From: Marsupella aquatica
Taxonomy: Eukaryota; Plantae; Marchantiophyta
Length of the DNA stretch: 64,000 nucleotides
Direction of reading: 5' to 3'
Assembly: GCA_973895155.1 (NCBI GenBank)
Contig: OZ316891.1
Span: forward strand, 22,523,784-22,587,783
Part shown: positions 26,472 through 40,500 of the stretch, one piece after another
Layout: every line of letters begins with the position of its first letter
How positions within the stretch are numbered: the first letter of the stretch is position 1
Notes under the pieces: model-generated
Databases searched by the model: none
Told to the model about the DNA's origin: nothing
What the model saw: only the letters and a program-made list of their open reading frames with translations
Position numbers and translations under genes: made by a program

Positions 26472-28073
26472 CTAAAAACGACCTTGAGTGGCAACTTCTG
26501 GTATAGCCTGCCTGCCTCCAGGTGCTGCTGCATAGGGACCTTTCCTTGCTGCCGTTTCTAGCTTCGTCAGAACTTCTGCTGGGAATTGATCTCCCCTTAG
26601 GCTTCCCGCAGCTAAAGCACTTGCAACAGCGACACAGCAGGAATGCCGCCACTCCATCCCTTCTTTTAGAGGCTCCGTCTTTGGATCCACGAGAACATCG
26701 ATCAAAGCTTTATGAGAGCAGATCTCCCATAAAATCCAAGATCTTGCAACCAAAGCCCCAATAAATCTGTAGGCCGCCACTCGTATTTCCGGAGCTTGTT
26801 TCAGCAATGACCACAGTAAGTCTGCAGGTGTTCGACTGGCTATTCCACCAGTTACAGAATATATCAAATTCCGAAGTGAGGACTCAGCTGATTCGTTCAA
26901 CAAAGGGGACATGTCCGTTCTTTCAGAACCACACAGTGATGCCAAAGCATGAAGAGCTGCCAGCTGTATACCACCTCCATGTTGTCTGAAAGCTGCCTCC
27001 ACAACATGGCGTGCAACTGGGTCACTACTGCTAAGCAGAAGTTCTGCTCCTCGAGCAGATATTCCTATCTGCCCAAGAGCATCAAGAGCAACTTCTTGCT
27101 CATTCAGATTCACATCTGCTGAATCCTCATCACTCGATTTCAAATATTGAAGGTTCTTGTCAATAGCAATGACAATACCACTAGCATCTGAATCAGTTAG
27201 AGGTGACGCTATCAAATGAAACGATGACAAAAGTCGGGCTCCTACAATCATAGCACGTGAGCGCACCAGAGAGTCTATGGAGGGATATTCTATTGTAGCA
27301 GCAAGATGTCCAATCAAGTTTCCTGTCAAGAGAAACCTTGCACCATTCGGGGTCTCTGAGACCTCCGCAAGAAGCTCCAAGGCATTGATTTGCGAGAGTA
27401 TATCATTGGAGTTACTTAATTCATCTTCTAGCGATTTCAAGATGCCTGCTTGTTGAATTGCAGCAGCAGCTGCGTCTGACAGACCAAAGATCTTCGCAGC
27501 TATTGACAAAGCACGAATTCTGACCAAAGCAGACTCATGAGAAGCCATTTCTTTAAGCTGCACGGCTCCGGCTCCTCGGTCCATGAAGATGAGTTCAAGT
27601 CCATTCGGGGCCTTTGCAAGGTCAGCCACTGCATTCCCTGCTGCGGCTGCGACACTCGCATCCCCATCAGCAACTGCGTAGATCAGGGGCGACACAGCAT
27701 CCGACTGTGCAAGAATCTGAACTGCAGAGCCATCACCTTGATGACTCTCCAACAGCTTCGCTATCGCAAAGCAAGTAAGCCGTCGTACAAGCGGCGACGA
27801 AGCACTGAACCCTACCACTGCATATGGCAAAGCATACGGAAGAAGCGTCGATCCATAAGAATTGCTGAAAATCTTCTCAAGACAAGAGGTCACAGCGCTC
27901 TCCAGGCCCGGAACGTCCGACCCCCTGTCCAACGCACTGAAGATCACCTGCAGCGGAAACTGCTCCAGAAATTGCTGCGTCGCGTGGTCCGAAGGAATGC
28001 CCGGATACGCAGCGAAATGGGACGCCGCGGCAGCGAGAAGCGGAAAGTCGACGAGCGGACCCCCCTGCCCCAT
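26472..28073 (-). CDS. PSMD5: 26S proteasome non-ATPase regulatory subunit 5 (S5b/PSMD5, ARM-repeat assembly chaperone), intronless, 533 aa
   Basis: Single uninterrupted ORF. N-terminal FAAYPG..SD...FL..FPLQVIF..L.....VPGLE....CLEKIF and C-terminal GMEWR..CC...RKGPY....IPEVATQ.RF match the plant S5b family. Confidence 0.82.
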   Translation of the reverse strand: MGQGGPLVDFPLLAAAASHFAAYPGIPSDHATQQFLEQFPLQVIFSALDRGSDVPGLESAVTSCLEKIFSNSYGSTLLPYALPYAVVGFSASSPLVRRLTCFAIAKLLESHQGDGSAVQILAQSDAVSPLIYAVADGDASVAAAAGNAVADLAKAPNGLELIFMDRGAGAVQLKEMASHESALVRIRALSIAAKIFGLSDAAAAAIQQAGILKSLEDELSNSNDILSQINALELLAEVSETPNGARFLLTGNLIGHLAATIEYPSIDSLVRSRAMIVGARLLSSFHLIASPLTDSDASGIVIAIDKNLQYLKSSDEDSADVNLNEQEVALDALGQIGISARGAELLLSSSDPVARHVVEAAFRQHGGGIQLAALHALASLCGSERTDMSPLLNESAESSLRNLIYSVTGGIASRTPADLLWSLLKQAPEIRVAAYRFIGALVARSWILWEICSHKALIDVLVDPKTEPLKEGMEWRHSCCVAVASALAAGSLRGDQFPAEVLTKLETAARKGPYAAAPGGRQAIPEVATQGRF

Positions 28074-28684
28074 TAATAGAAGGCAGTGACCTCGTTTGCA
28101 GGATCAGCTCGTCGATTTCTTGGCCAAATTGGATATAGCAAAAGCTCTGTTCCGTCGAAGGATGCGTCGCGAGGAAAGCCCCAACTCCTTTCGGGACACA
28201 ACGAACACAGAGTCCTTCGAACGCAGAGTTTCGACAAAGACACGAGCTTATTACTTCTTCTTCTTCTTCTTCTAGGGATTCCGTAGAGCATTATTTACGA
28301 GACAAGTAACAACTTACTGCACCGTACTCACTCTACCTCGGGTCAGGTTAGCAGAGGGGGCTTACTCTTCCTCGGGTCACCGTACTCCACAGTTTAGGTT
28401 TTTCCCAAACTTTCTACTCGCGTCCTTCAAATCAAAACTGACAATTTGATGTACTTTAAATCCCTGGTTAGGGGTTATGGCCGCAAAAGTTAAATTCATA
28501 GTCCGTAACTTTTTGCCATGCATGAGTATTGGTTGTATGCCATTACCATTAGTCACTGTAGAGGCTGGTGACAGAATGTTTTTTACACAACCTTGTGAAA
28601 AAGTTATGACCATTCTTTTACAGCCAAATGCCATCATCCAAACTTTCTAACCTTTGAGAGGCCCACCTGTAGTTTTTGCTCTCT

Positions 28685-29345
28685 TCTTTTGAGTTTTGTG
28701 TTGACTCCTATCTGGACCTCTTTTTGTCTTATTTCTATTGTACCTTGTTTGGCACATAGTTTCGGGCTTACACTTGTCCTCTTCTTCTTTTGAGTTTCGT
28801 GTTTGTCTTCCTCTCTGGACCTCTTTTGTATTTATTCTATTGGACCTCGTTTGGCACATAGTTTGGGGCATACACTTGTCCTCTTCTTCTTTTGAGTTTC
28901 GTGTTTGTCTTCCTATCTGGACCTCTTTTGTATTTAATCTATGGGGACTTGTTTGGCACTTGGTTTGGGGTTTACATTTGCCCTCTTCTTTATACATATC
29001 TCTATCTATATATATATATATATATGTCTTTCGTCTTTTGAGTTTAGTGTTTGTATTCTGTGGACCTCGTTTGCTTCTATTCTAGTGTACTCTGCTTGGC
29101 ACTTTTTGGGGGTTCACATGTGCCCTCGTCTTTTTAGTTGAGTGTTTGTCTTATCTGGACCTCGTTTGGTTTTATTCTAGTGTGATTTGTTTGGCACTTT
29201 TGGGGGTTTACACGTGCCCTATTCTTTTGAGTTGAGTGTTTGCCTTATGTGAACCTCTTTCCTTGGAATTTTTTTTTTTCCTTGGAATTATGTGAACCTC
29301 TTTAGCTTTTATTAGTGTACTTTGTTTGACACTTTTGGGGGGGGT
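28685..29345. repeat. Degenerate ~102-bp tandem repeat (~6 units), interrupted by a short (TA)n tract
   Basis: TCTGGACCTC...GTTTGGCAC...CTTTTGAGTT recurs at ~28711, 28814, 28916, 29060, 29154, 29250; (TA)n near 29008-29025. Confidence 0.8.
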
Positions 29346-29786
29346 TACATTAGAGTTTGGTGTTTGTCCTGTCTAGATCTCTTTTGTACTGTCGTTGTTT
29401 GGCCCTTTGTCCACCTAACTGTCTTTTGAGGGTGGTCTTGGTCACTTTTGTTCTCTTTTGTGCTTTGTTTGGCCCTTTCCCCACCTAACTCTACGCCACT
29501 GTAATAGTTGGGCCTTTCTCTACCCTTCTTTCCAGACATTTGGTCTACCGCCTTTTCATGTAGAGGTGGCAAAAAGAGCTGTTTTAGATTCACCCCTCCC
29601 CTCTCTACATTTCACCCCGTACAGATTCACACAGTAGGAGATTAGGGTAGAGATTTTTAGTTTTTTCTTTTGACTTTTGTTTTGTTCTGTTTGAAGACGG
29701 TGGGCTTTGAAGGAAGGAGAGGTAAATGCCTGGATTTCAGTAGAGATTCTCAAAATCTCCAGGAATTTCGAGGATAAAAACAAACT

Positions 29787-30649
29787 GATTAGTAGCTCCC
29801 ATTGTCTCCCACATCAGTTTTTACCGCCTCCCTAGTGTATGACCGCAACAGCACTATATGTTCACTACAGTTAGAAGGTGTAGTTGATGATAGGGGAGCA
29901 AATAAATATATATAAAAGTCTACATATCTTTGTGTGAGCTCTAGGTTGCATGGGTTTAAATAAATAAATAAATCTGACTGGTTGAGTTTGGCCTTGGTTT
30001 GTTTAGATGTTGCCTGGGTATAGGGTTATCATTCAAAGAGGTACACTAGTTAGGTGCCAAGTATATGTCAGTACTTAGCTCAGCACCTGTTTAGGTCAGC
30101 TGGAGTGCAACTTAACTAGGATTAATGGTTGCTATGGTTAGACTAGTGGAGAGAGCCTATACCGTGGAGGAGCAATTCATTACTTAATTAGTGATCATTC
30201 TTCAAGAGTTGAAGCCTGGAGGGAAAGAAGAGGATTGGGTCATAGATAGCTTGTGGATTGCCAAGCTTTGGCGGATGCATAGTGTGAGTGCATAGTGAAT
30301 TTTGTTTCTTGGTCATGGACCAGGTCTAGGCTGGGTGAAAGAAGTCTGTGTCACAGATTGATTGTATGTTGTACACTAGTTCCATGTGACATTGTGCTGT
30401 CTGATTTTATCTCAACAATCTGAACATCTTTGTGTGCCTGGGTTAAAGATCTCCTCTCACTATTGGGGTAGTACACACCTCTTGCCTGTGGCCTAAGAAT
30501 CCAAAATGGTTTTCCCTTTCTGCCAACTTTGGTTTCCTTTTTTGATGCAGGTTCTTTGCGCCTCCAATCCCTCAAGACAAAGAAAGAAACCTATGGGGAA
30601 ACCGATTCAATGGAGTGACTGATGTGGGAGACAATGGGAGCTACTAATC
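29787..30649. mobile_element. Non-autonomous TIR element (~860 bp) with perfect 32-bp inverted termini
   Basis: GATTAGTAGCTCCCATTGTCTCCCACATCAGT (29787-29818) and its exact reverse complement (30618-30649). No coding capacity; TSD not identified. Confidence 0.6.
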
Positions 30650-32365
30650 TGCAAGCAAATATACTGTAGTTCTCTTGGCTAAATGGTCTGTGATTTGCTG
30701 AGAAGGCTTTCATTTAAGGCGTACACGACCTGCATCTCAAGATGAATAGAATTATTAGTAAAACTCATCTGTGAAACACAAAACTGGACATAATTTACCA
30801 AAAGGGCCAAACAAAGCACAATGAAGGGAACGCAACAGAGATCCAAAAGAGAAACACCAAACACCAATGAAGAGGCATATGCAACCCCCCCAATCTCGAA
30901 ACATCTCTTCTTATTATTTGTCTTATATAGAGAGGGATTTGTTACCTGGACAACGATCTTTCACACGAGTAACGGAGTGAATGTTTAGGGTTTACAAATG
31001 AAATTTAGGGACATATCTATTTTATGAATAGCTCTATCTAAGTAATCGTTTGTCCTTTTTTTCTGTGATGTGAGGGATCTTTTATGCCTCATTGTCTCAA
31101 TTTTAATTACTCTTCGATTTACTTTGGTTCTGAGGTCAGAGAGACAGGATCACTCTCTTGGTGCACAGTTATTCAATGATACGAGAGACTGCATAGTTGT
31201 TCAATGATGCGAGAGACTCAAACACAGATTAGAGAAAGCGATTACGCTAGATGACCAACATCAGGTGCAGACGCCTACATTATAAACAATTTCATTGCAG
31301 ACATTTTTTGTTCTCTTATGTCCCACTGACAGTCCCTGGCCTCCTTGAATTCATTCATAATTAAGTCCGACAATTTGCGACTTAAACTACCAGCACTTTA
31401 TAAGGGGCAGTGTCCAACCTTTTATTAACATCAGTTCCTGTGCGTGGGTGTTACTCCAGACTGTGTAGGCCAGATCTTACGCGATGGAGCTTCCCTGGCA
31501 TTCATCCTCAACAAAACTGGGTATGGTTAAGGAAGATTACCTTTAAGTTTTCAAAAGAGAGCTTTGCTCGGCAAGAAAACGACCCACGACTGCCCCAAAT
31601 GTGCTATGGACTACACAGTCTAACGGGTGGCAAGCATGAATGGTCTACCACGTGCTGACACTTGAGAACATAAAAGCGATAGCCTGCACCACACACCTTA
31701 AGAAACAACACTACTATCGGAAACAAACCTGGGTTCCTCGTAGATTTTATTTCATTACCCATGTCCAATGTTAGAACATTGTGTTATCAACCCCAACAAT
31801 AGAGGCTTCCGTCGTTGTTGACATCACTAAGACTATGTTTGCCTCAAATTCAGCAGAATAGACAAAAACAAGAAGAAAATTGCGTACACAGGCAAAGGAG
31901 GTGACTTTCGCTGTATCCTTGAGCTAGGAAAACCTACTACAGCTTAGGATGTACCACATTTCCTGCTCTTGCACAACAGTAATCATTCGTCCACATTTGA
32001 ATTGAATCCTCCAAAGGCGGAAACGCAACAGAATTTATTGAACTTCACGAATTTCCTTCAAGAGGGCATCCTTCAATCCGCCAGAATGCGTACATAATCT
32101 CAAGCACTTATTTTGCCTAAGACAGTGGAGATTCAAAGTTGGTACTTTGACTGATCAGAAACAATGATAAGCTCAACAACTGCAGACCAGAACTGATGAG
32201 CTGCACGACCTATAAAAACATTCAGCTCTACAAATGAGGAACCATCAGCTTCCTCACTCTTGGAGGCTGATTTGTGCGAAAAACCAACAATAACTTGTTG
32301 TTGGACTACACAGGAACTGAAACCTGTACATTATCAGAGACGACAGTTGCTATTGTGGAACTGAA

Positions 32366-35300
32366 TTACATAGAACCACATGATCCAATAAGAAGATCGT
32401 AAATGTCACTAGAAGTAATCAAAGTTGTTCCCCCTAGCAGTAACTCAATGCCTTCTGCACCAGGCATAGCGGCTTGAGCTTCCCTTGCTTCTCTGACCTG
32501 AAAATCACAAGAACCAGCACTGATTTAGAGCAAGAGCTGAGAAGTTCCGTTACTGATAGTACTTTCAAATATACTACATTGTCCATAACTTAGCTAGCAA
32601 GGACTAGTATAATTAAGAAATCCATTCCCACAAAGGCCATCGCCCCCACAAAGGGAATAGGATCAGTCCAAAGCAACGTTACCTCTACGAAGTTAAGTCC
32701 TCCAATGATAAAAACCAAAATTACTTTTTGGTCGCTTATCTTTGGCTTAGCCTGCACAGGACCAGAATCGTGTCAAACTGACAAAGTCATTGCAGAAATA
32801 AAAAGTCATAGCAAACACTGGTAATTGAAAATCAATAAACAGAAATTGCATACAATCCGGCAATAGTTTTAACCTGTCGTAGACCGAATCTGCCCAAGCC
32901 ACCTTTGAAGAAACGCCCCATGCCAGAGGCGTGATGCTCTAAGCCTGGAATGTCCGCTTTTGAAAATATAAGAGAGAGTAATTTGTTCAACAACCCCGTA
33001 TGTGCTCCCCCATTGTTAAATTGATTCTCTACAGGGAGAAGCAGCTCTCGAAAAGGACTTTTAGAACTTGCAGCAGAAACTTTATGCAAAACATTGAAGA
33101 CTTCTCCAAGTTTATCACGCAGTTCTAATTTCAGTTGCACTTCTCCATACTCTTCAATTTCTTCCTCATCTTGCGCGGCAGGGTCTACGCCTTCCCATCT
33201 GTCCCAATCATCATCCATTGATGCAGCTTGCTGGGAAACAGCATCATCGCTTGGCTTTAGGGTTTTCTTCATTTTTGTCCCCTGCAGATGCGCAGCAAGT
33301 GCACTTTCAAGGTTTTTTAAGAACCCCAGTGATGCTCCAGGTGAACCTTGCAAAATAGCCTCCACAATGGATTCTTTCAAACCTTGTTCCTCTTCCCAGA
33401 GAAAAGGGCCTCCTTGGCCTTCAACATGCATATCCTCTCCAGCAAGTCCATACCCCACAATGGCAAGAGACAAAGCATCTCTCAGTGACAGGAGGTCAGC
33501 AGAGGAGGCACTTCCTGAAGGTCTCCGCATGCTTTGGGCATACTGGTCCACAATGTCTTGGACCTGCAGGGCAATACTTTGAGTGCTGTCTCCAGCACTA
33601 AGCATTAAAATTCTCTCTGCTCCAGCAAATGTATCCCAACGAGAACCCGACCCCGGCCCTAGTGCTTCTTCTGCTGCTCGTGCTATTTGTATCAGAGCCA
33701 TATGCCGTAAAGCCATTCCTGAATTGTCACTTAATGCTCTCCTCAATGAACGCAATTCCTTGATACTCACAGCCCCTAACCGACCCTTTCCTGGAACATT
33801 AACCTTCTCTTGCCGAAGCGCTTCCTGAAGCCACTTCCGAATTAGCAATATTGAATCTTTAGTTCGTTTCTCAAGTAAAGTCTCCATGTATTCAGAGCCT
33901 TTTCGATCCCAAGAAGTGCTTAAAGAACCCCCCAACAAGTCAGCCGTTCCTGCAGCTGTATGTGTTGATGAGGGGACAAGATTGTCAACTCCCTTGGTAC
34001 TTATTAAAGGAAAGAATGGAAAACACATCCTTGATATGATAGGATGCCCAATATTGTCATCATCGGGATTGACAGGTACTCTCAGATCCATTGGAGGGCG
34101 AGCAATTGTCGATGACAGCACTGAATGAGGAGGCACTGATCTTCTAGGCAGTGAGAAAAATATTCTATCGAGCAAAGAATCACCATGGCAACTAGGTGTG
34201 ATTAGATCTTGACTACGATCAACCAGGACCAGTCCTGCCGGACGCCGAGGGTGTCCTATTCCTTCATGAGGGCTTGAAAGTCCCGACATAATTTTTCCAA
34301 CAACATGCGCCAGAGGTCCAAGAGTGAATACTTCACATTTTAAGTCCATCTGCAGAGAACAACAAACCATGCGATTAATTTCGTCAGTTGTACTCACCAT
34401 AGATAGTGACGTGTGTAGAGTTTAACTTCCTTGGTTCGGTCATTCACTCGACTAAATAACTTGTAATTTCGATGTGTCCTAACTAAACGAATCTTTACCA
34501 ATAAATTTCTAGGTGCCTTAGGAGAGTGGTTCCTCCCTAAATATAGACTTGGTAGAGATATTTCTGTACTGCAAGATTAATATCTACCGCTAGGACTGTC
34601 CAAGAGGAGGCGGGGCATGATTCGTAATCACACTGAAAGAGATGTGTAAATCAGCCTTCCGAATACATTAGGAGATGGAAGACGGCTAACGAGACTCCTC
34701 AGAGTGAAGAAATAGACCTGGGCAATGATATGCTGCAGACAATGTGCAATAAGTGTCGCACCGGCTGGAATATGTTGATCTCCAGCTGCTTGGGACGCAA
34801 GATCTATTCCTGGAATACCTTGCCCTACTGCATGAGTGTCCCGATGATCGGCAAGTGGGGCCTCTGCAACTGACCCCCTAGATGGGAGCACAAATACTGA
34901 TTTTGTGAAGGAGCAAACCATCATTGGGATGTGCTTCACTTGTATCTCCGGGACTTCCCATTCAGGCGAACTCTGCTGCTTGGGAACTTCCACACCATCT
35001 TTTCGTTTACCTTCGTCTTCTCTACCCCAATCAATACCTTTTAATACCTTCGATGTCGGAGCTCTTGACGATGGATTTTCTGTCCCACCCGCCTGGGAGG
35101 GTGGTGTCAAATCTCGAATGAGTGAATTTTTGTAATCATGGAAAGCATCGAGACCAAAGGCAGTGTCTGGATGGGCTGAATGTGCTTCCTGCGACATATA
35201 CAAACATTGAATCAACTAGTGGATTCCAGGAAATGAAACATATCATAAACTTGAAAATCCTCGGTGACCCACGGAGATTCTTACGACTCCGGCCAGGATT

Positions 35301-36544
35301 TTCATGCAAACTAGTGTTTGAAGGTAAGTGTACAGGATACGGAAACACTACATTCCCTCGTTCGCTTGTTGGCTATAATACTCAGTATGTTCTCAACGGA
35401 GCAATGACGCAGAAATAGGACCAGCACAAAACGCACGACCTAAATCTCCATTTATATTAGTTATTAATGAGCTTATTACCTCGGAAATGGAAGTCCAGAT
35501 CGTGCAATGCCTAACAGTGGGATGCATGCCCAGGCATCGTATAACATCGTGATGCGATTCCGTTAATAGTACTGACGTCAAGATCACAATCTTCTCAACC
35601 GGTTCCAGCTCTGTCCCTCTCCATGAAATAGCCTGCATTCCACTACATCCAGTAGGTCAAACCAGGTTCGAACGACAATATCTCGAAGTAAACATTCCAA
35701 ACTCTGTTAGTGCATTCCAATACCCCCAGAACTCAGCCGTGAAGGCTTTATAATTGGAGTGACAGACATACGCTCTCGCACAAAGTCCTGCCACTACAAC
35801 GCTTCCAGGGACCATTACTTAAACCATCAAACCCCCTTTGCAATTTCGGCACAGGGTCCGGACAATGTCAATATACAATCAGGCTTGGTGCAAGCTGAAC
35901 ATAGGTAAAGAAACATCTCAGGTGCTTCCTCTTGCCCATCATATCTGCAAACCACATTATCACATTGCAACCAGGAACCCTAAACTCGTTAATTCTCTTC
36001 AAAAGCTCCATCACAAGAAGGTAGAAGAAACCTACACCATCAAAAGGCGAAGCTTGCTCCAGGCTGCAAATTGACCTAGCTCCAAGCTCGAGCATAGGAG
36101 CTAACCCTCCATTAAAATGAAACGCCTCCCCAGCTCCGGCGTCCATGTATAAAATTCCATCCTCCACACCCTCTTGCACCTACACGACCACAACCACAGT
36201 GGCATGCCAGTCATTAGAAAGAAAGCATAATTACAGCATTTGTTACGCTAGAGAATTTGACCACCTCCGATGCACAGCATCAGTATTGGATCAACCAGAG
36301 ATCTTCCGCATAGAATCTCATCAGGCCGTATACTGCTGGTGGGTCGTTAGACCATCTATTCTAACTGCAGGGATCATCTCATCGAAATCCTAGTGAGGGT
36401 GAGGAAATTGTGCGTAATTGTGCAATTCACTTCCGAAATTTAAGAACAAATCAGAGAGATGGCAACCAGCTGAGAGACAGACAGATGCAGCGGACTCACC
36501 AGGGCGAGACATCTCTGGCACTCTTGAATCAGATCCAAGCCCAT
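32366..36544 (-). CDS. MIP3: Sec1-family domain protein MIP3 (SCFD2-like), 7 exons, ~829 aa
   Basis: Exons 36544-36500, 36179-36036, 35632-35480, 35188-34718, 34349-32874, 32751-32683, 32497-32366, all GT-AG and phase 0 (2490 nt). Motifs: ILYMDAG..EAF..LELGARSICSLE, LVDRSQDLITPSCHGDSL, GPFLWEEE, YGEVQLKLELRD, GLGRFGL.QAKP, VFIIGGLN..EVRE, GGTTLIT. Confidence 0.88.
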
Positions 36545-37507
36545 TTTGGGGGACTCAGGCTGCTCGGCTTTGCTCCGTGTAGCCCTTCAGCAGTTCATTA
36601 TTACCGCACTAGCCAGCTCGATCCATGTCCGCAGCTGCCGCCTGCACAATCCTGCCTCATGCGATCAAATGAGGGGGCTGAGAGAGTACTCCTTTCGATT
36701 GAAAGACTGACGAGAAAATTCATATTTGGGGCAATCGACCTCCTTGCCTGACGGTGTGAGAAGTAAAATTGTTTTGTCCTAAGAGCATCTTCACCCTACT
36801 ACACCATTACAGTTGTTCCCTATTGCTCTAGTTTTGTTATTACTAGAGTGTTTCCCTATTGCTCTATATTTGACTGCAAGTTAAATCTACACCGCGTTAA
36901 TGCTCCCTGATCGTCCTGGTGCCCCGTACACTGCCCGTCCCAGTCCCCGATGTTGTTGTTGAGCATAGACAACATTCGCAACGGCAAGCCCATGAACCAT
37001 CCAACGCACAATAGTCGACACAAAGAGATACGTGGTTCACCTCCATATGAGGCTACGTCCACGGGAACATACAAGAGCTTTACTGCACCCTAGGCCGATC
37101 GGCCATACCAAGCATCCACAGCACAAGCTCTTCCTATCTCTCAACTAGCTCCGTAATAATGAGCCTAAGTTCCACCAGGGTCTGGCATCAGCCCTGGCTA
37201 TATGCACAATAGCACTACCGCTAACATTAGCTAAGTTCTAACCCGAGTTAGCCTAATTGTAGTTAGCTCATGAGTCACAAGACTAAAGCAATATCTAACA
37301 AACTCCCCCTTGACTCTTGTCTTGGGGACTGGACTAAATGCTACCATATGGAATCCTCAGCGGGAAGTTCTAGACAATCACCAAACCAGGTCTCCCCCTA
37401 AAAACCACAAGGGTTAACTAAGGGTTAACTAGAACTAAGCCGTAGCCTAACAGGAATGAGTAATCCATATACAAATAGTCACACATTGCTAAATAACTCT
37501 ACTTGCA

Positions 37508-40500
37508 CTACAACTGCAAAACCTGCAAAGTAACACGGTGTTTTGAGAAACTCTCCAAAGGAATCACTTTGGTAAAGGCATCAGCGGGATTGAGTTTTCC
37601 ATCAATCTTGACTAGCTCAAAAGTTTTATCAGACACTGCTTGCCTGATAAAATGGTACCTGATATCAATGTGCTTCACCCTGCTATCCATCACCTGGTTA
37701 GCAGCCAAGTGAAGAGCACTCTGACTATCACAGTTTAGAGTCATTTTTCCATGCTCTAAACCCATCTTCGCGATCAACTTATCCAACCAAATTGCTTCCT
37801 TTGCAGCTTCTGCTGCTGCAACATACTCTGCTTCTGTAGTAGACTGAGATATGCACTTCTGCAAGGTAGATTTCCAACTGATACATCCTCCTCCAAGAGT
37901 GTATACAAACCCAGTTGTAGATCTCCTTGTATCCAGACAGCCTCCATAGTCAGAATCTACATAGCCAACTAACGTTCTATTTGATCTGTTATCAAATAGT
38001 AATCCATAGTCCTGTGTTCCCATCATATACCTGAGAATCCATTTCACAGCTTCCCAATGTACCTTCCCTGGATTTGACATGAATCTGCTAACCTTGCCCA
38101 TCGCTAGGGCCAAGTCAGGCCTAGTACAAGTCATCAAATACATCAGACTGCCTACTGCCTTCTCATAAGGAATCTTAGTCATCAGACCTTTCTCCACAAC
38201 ATCCGTAGGAGAGAAAGCCGATGATAACTTGAAATGTGAAGCTAAAGGAATACTCACTGGCTTACAGTTCTCCATGTTGAATCTTGCAAGTACTTTCCTT
38301 GCATACTGGCCTTGACTCAAGCACAACTGTCCAGTCTCAGAGTTCCTAAAAATCTCCATCCCTAAGATCCTCTTAGCCTTACCAAGATCCTTCATCTTGA
38401 ATTCAGCGCTCAATTTCGCCTTGAGACTGTCAACCTCAAATTGGTCTTTAGCCACAATTAGCATGTCATCCACATAGATCACCAGAATGATGAAACCAAA
38501 TACATCATTCTTGATTGATTTCGTATACACACAAGGATCATACACCATCCTTGTAAAATCTTGAGCAAGCATGAAATCATCAAACCGCTTGTTCCACTGT
38601 CTAGGAGACTGCTTCAATCCATACAAGGACTTGAGTAATCTACAAACTAAGTTCTCTTGGCCTTTCTTCATAAAGCCTAGCGGCTGTCTCATGAAGATCA
38701 TCTCTTCCAAGTTGCCATAGAGAAAAGCAGTAACAACATCCATCTGATCCATCACCAGATTAAAAAACACAACAAGCTGACACAAGATCCGAATTGTGGA
38801 ATACTTAGCCACCGGTGAAAAGACCTCATTGTAGTCCACTCCTTTCTCCGGAGTGAATCCCTTGGCAACAAGCCTTGCCTTGTAGATCTTATCTCCACCC
38901 TCTGAAGGACTGTCCTTCAACTTGTAAATCCACTTGTTGTCCACCACTTGCTGACCTCTTGGAAGCTCCACCAGCTCCCATGTCTTGTTGTCACTCAAAG
39001 ATTGCAACTCCCTCTGCATTGCTGCATTCCACTCATGCTTCTGCTCTGAAGCACAAGCCTCACTGTACGAAGCAGACTCTCCTTCTTCCAAGATCAAAGC
39101 CATGTCATCATCATCAAGTGCAATGTCAATACCATCTAGCTTAGATGAGTCTGCCCATTGACCATACTTGGTAGGAGCTCTAGTAGAACGACTGGAAGTT
39201 CTTCTAGTAGATGACTCAGGCTGATCTGCTGTTGTTGCTGGTTGAATTTGAGGTACCCTAGCAACAATCTGCTCCTCTTGTTCCATCACAGGAACCAGTT
39301 CCAAGCCCGGAGCTTCTCCATCTCTCCTGTCATGAACAGCATCATGACTAATCTCCCCCTCAACCGGGTCCGGGATGGGAGATTTCCCCTTTTCAGTATG
39401 GGAGTCCTGAGAACTCTCCCCCTCCTTTGATGATTTGGACTCATTAAAGGACACATCTCTACTGACAATTAGTTTACAGGTTACTGGATCCCATAACCTA
39501 TAACCCTTCACACCTTTCTGATAGCCAAGAAAAAAACACTTCTTCGACTTGGACTCCAGTTTGGATCGAAGCTGGGAAGGTGTAAGCACATAAGCATCAC
39601 ATCCAAAAATCCTCAGATGTGAATAATCTGCTGGACGCTTGTACCTCATTTCATATGGCGTCTTGAATCCAATAGAACTGGATGGAGAAAAATTTACCAA
39701 ATAAGCTGCAGTGTTGACAGCTTCAGCCCAAAACTCATGTGGTAAGCATGATTGACTCAACATACTCCTCGAGCGGTCCAATAGTGTTCGGTTGAGTCTC
39801 TCAGAAACACCATTTTGCTGAGGAGTATAATTTGTTGTGAGATGGCGGGTAATCCCTTGCTCCTTACAATACGTTCCAAATTCCTCGGAACTGTATTCAC
39901 CGCCGTTATCCGATCGAAGATATCTCACCTTATTACCAGTCTGATTCTCAACTTGGGCTTTCCACTCCTTAAAAGTGGCAAAAACATCAGACTTATTGTG
40001 TAGAAAGTATATCCACACATACCTTGAGTAATCGTCTATAAACGTGACATAGTATAACCGTCCAGAATGTGAGGGAGTAGGGGCTGGACCCCACACATCA
40101 CTATGTACATACTCAAGTACCTCCTTGCTGGTGTGAGTTCCAACTCCGAAGGGTTTCCTGTGCTGCTTCCCTAGCACACAGTGCTCACAAAATTCCAACT
40201 TACAAGACTGCAAATTAGAAAGTAATCCTTTCTTCTGAAGAATAACCAAACCTTTTTCACTCATGTGGCCCAAACGGAAGTGCCACAGCCGGGCCGTCTC
40301 CTCATGAGATAAGGTTGCATTGGCTTCATCACTGACTACACTACCCTCCAAAACGTATAGATTGCAATGTCTCTTTCCCTTCAATACAACTTTAGTACCA
40401 GTTGAAACCTGAAGGACACCATTAGCAGAACTCCACTGATGGCCATTTGCTTCTAAAACTCCAAGTGAAATGAGATTTTTCATCATGCTGGGAATATGTC

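Noticed and set aside
28647-29085. ORFs with 34-aa repeats; superficially array-like
   Set aside because: Product of a ~102-bp tandem repeat. No unique spacers and no cas genes in a eukaryotic context, so not CRISPR.
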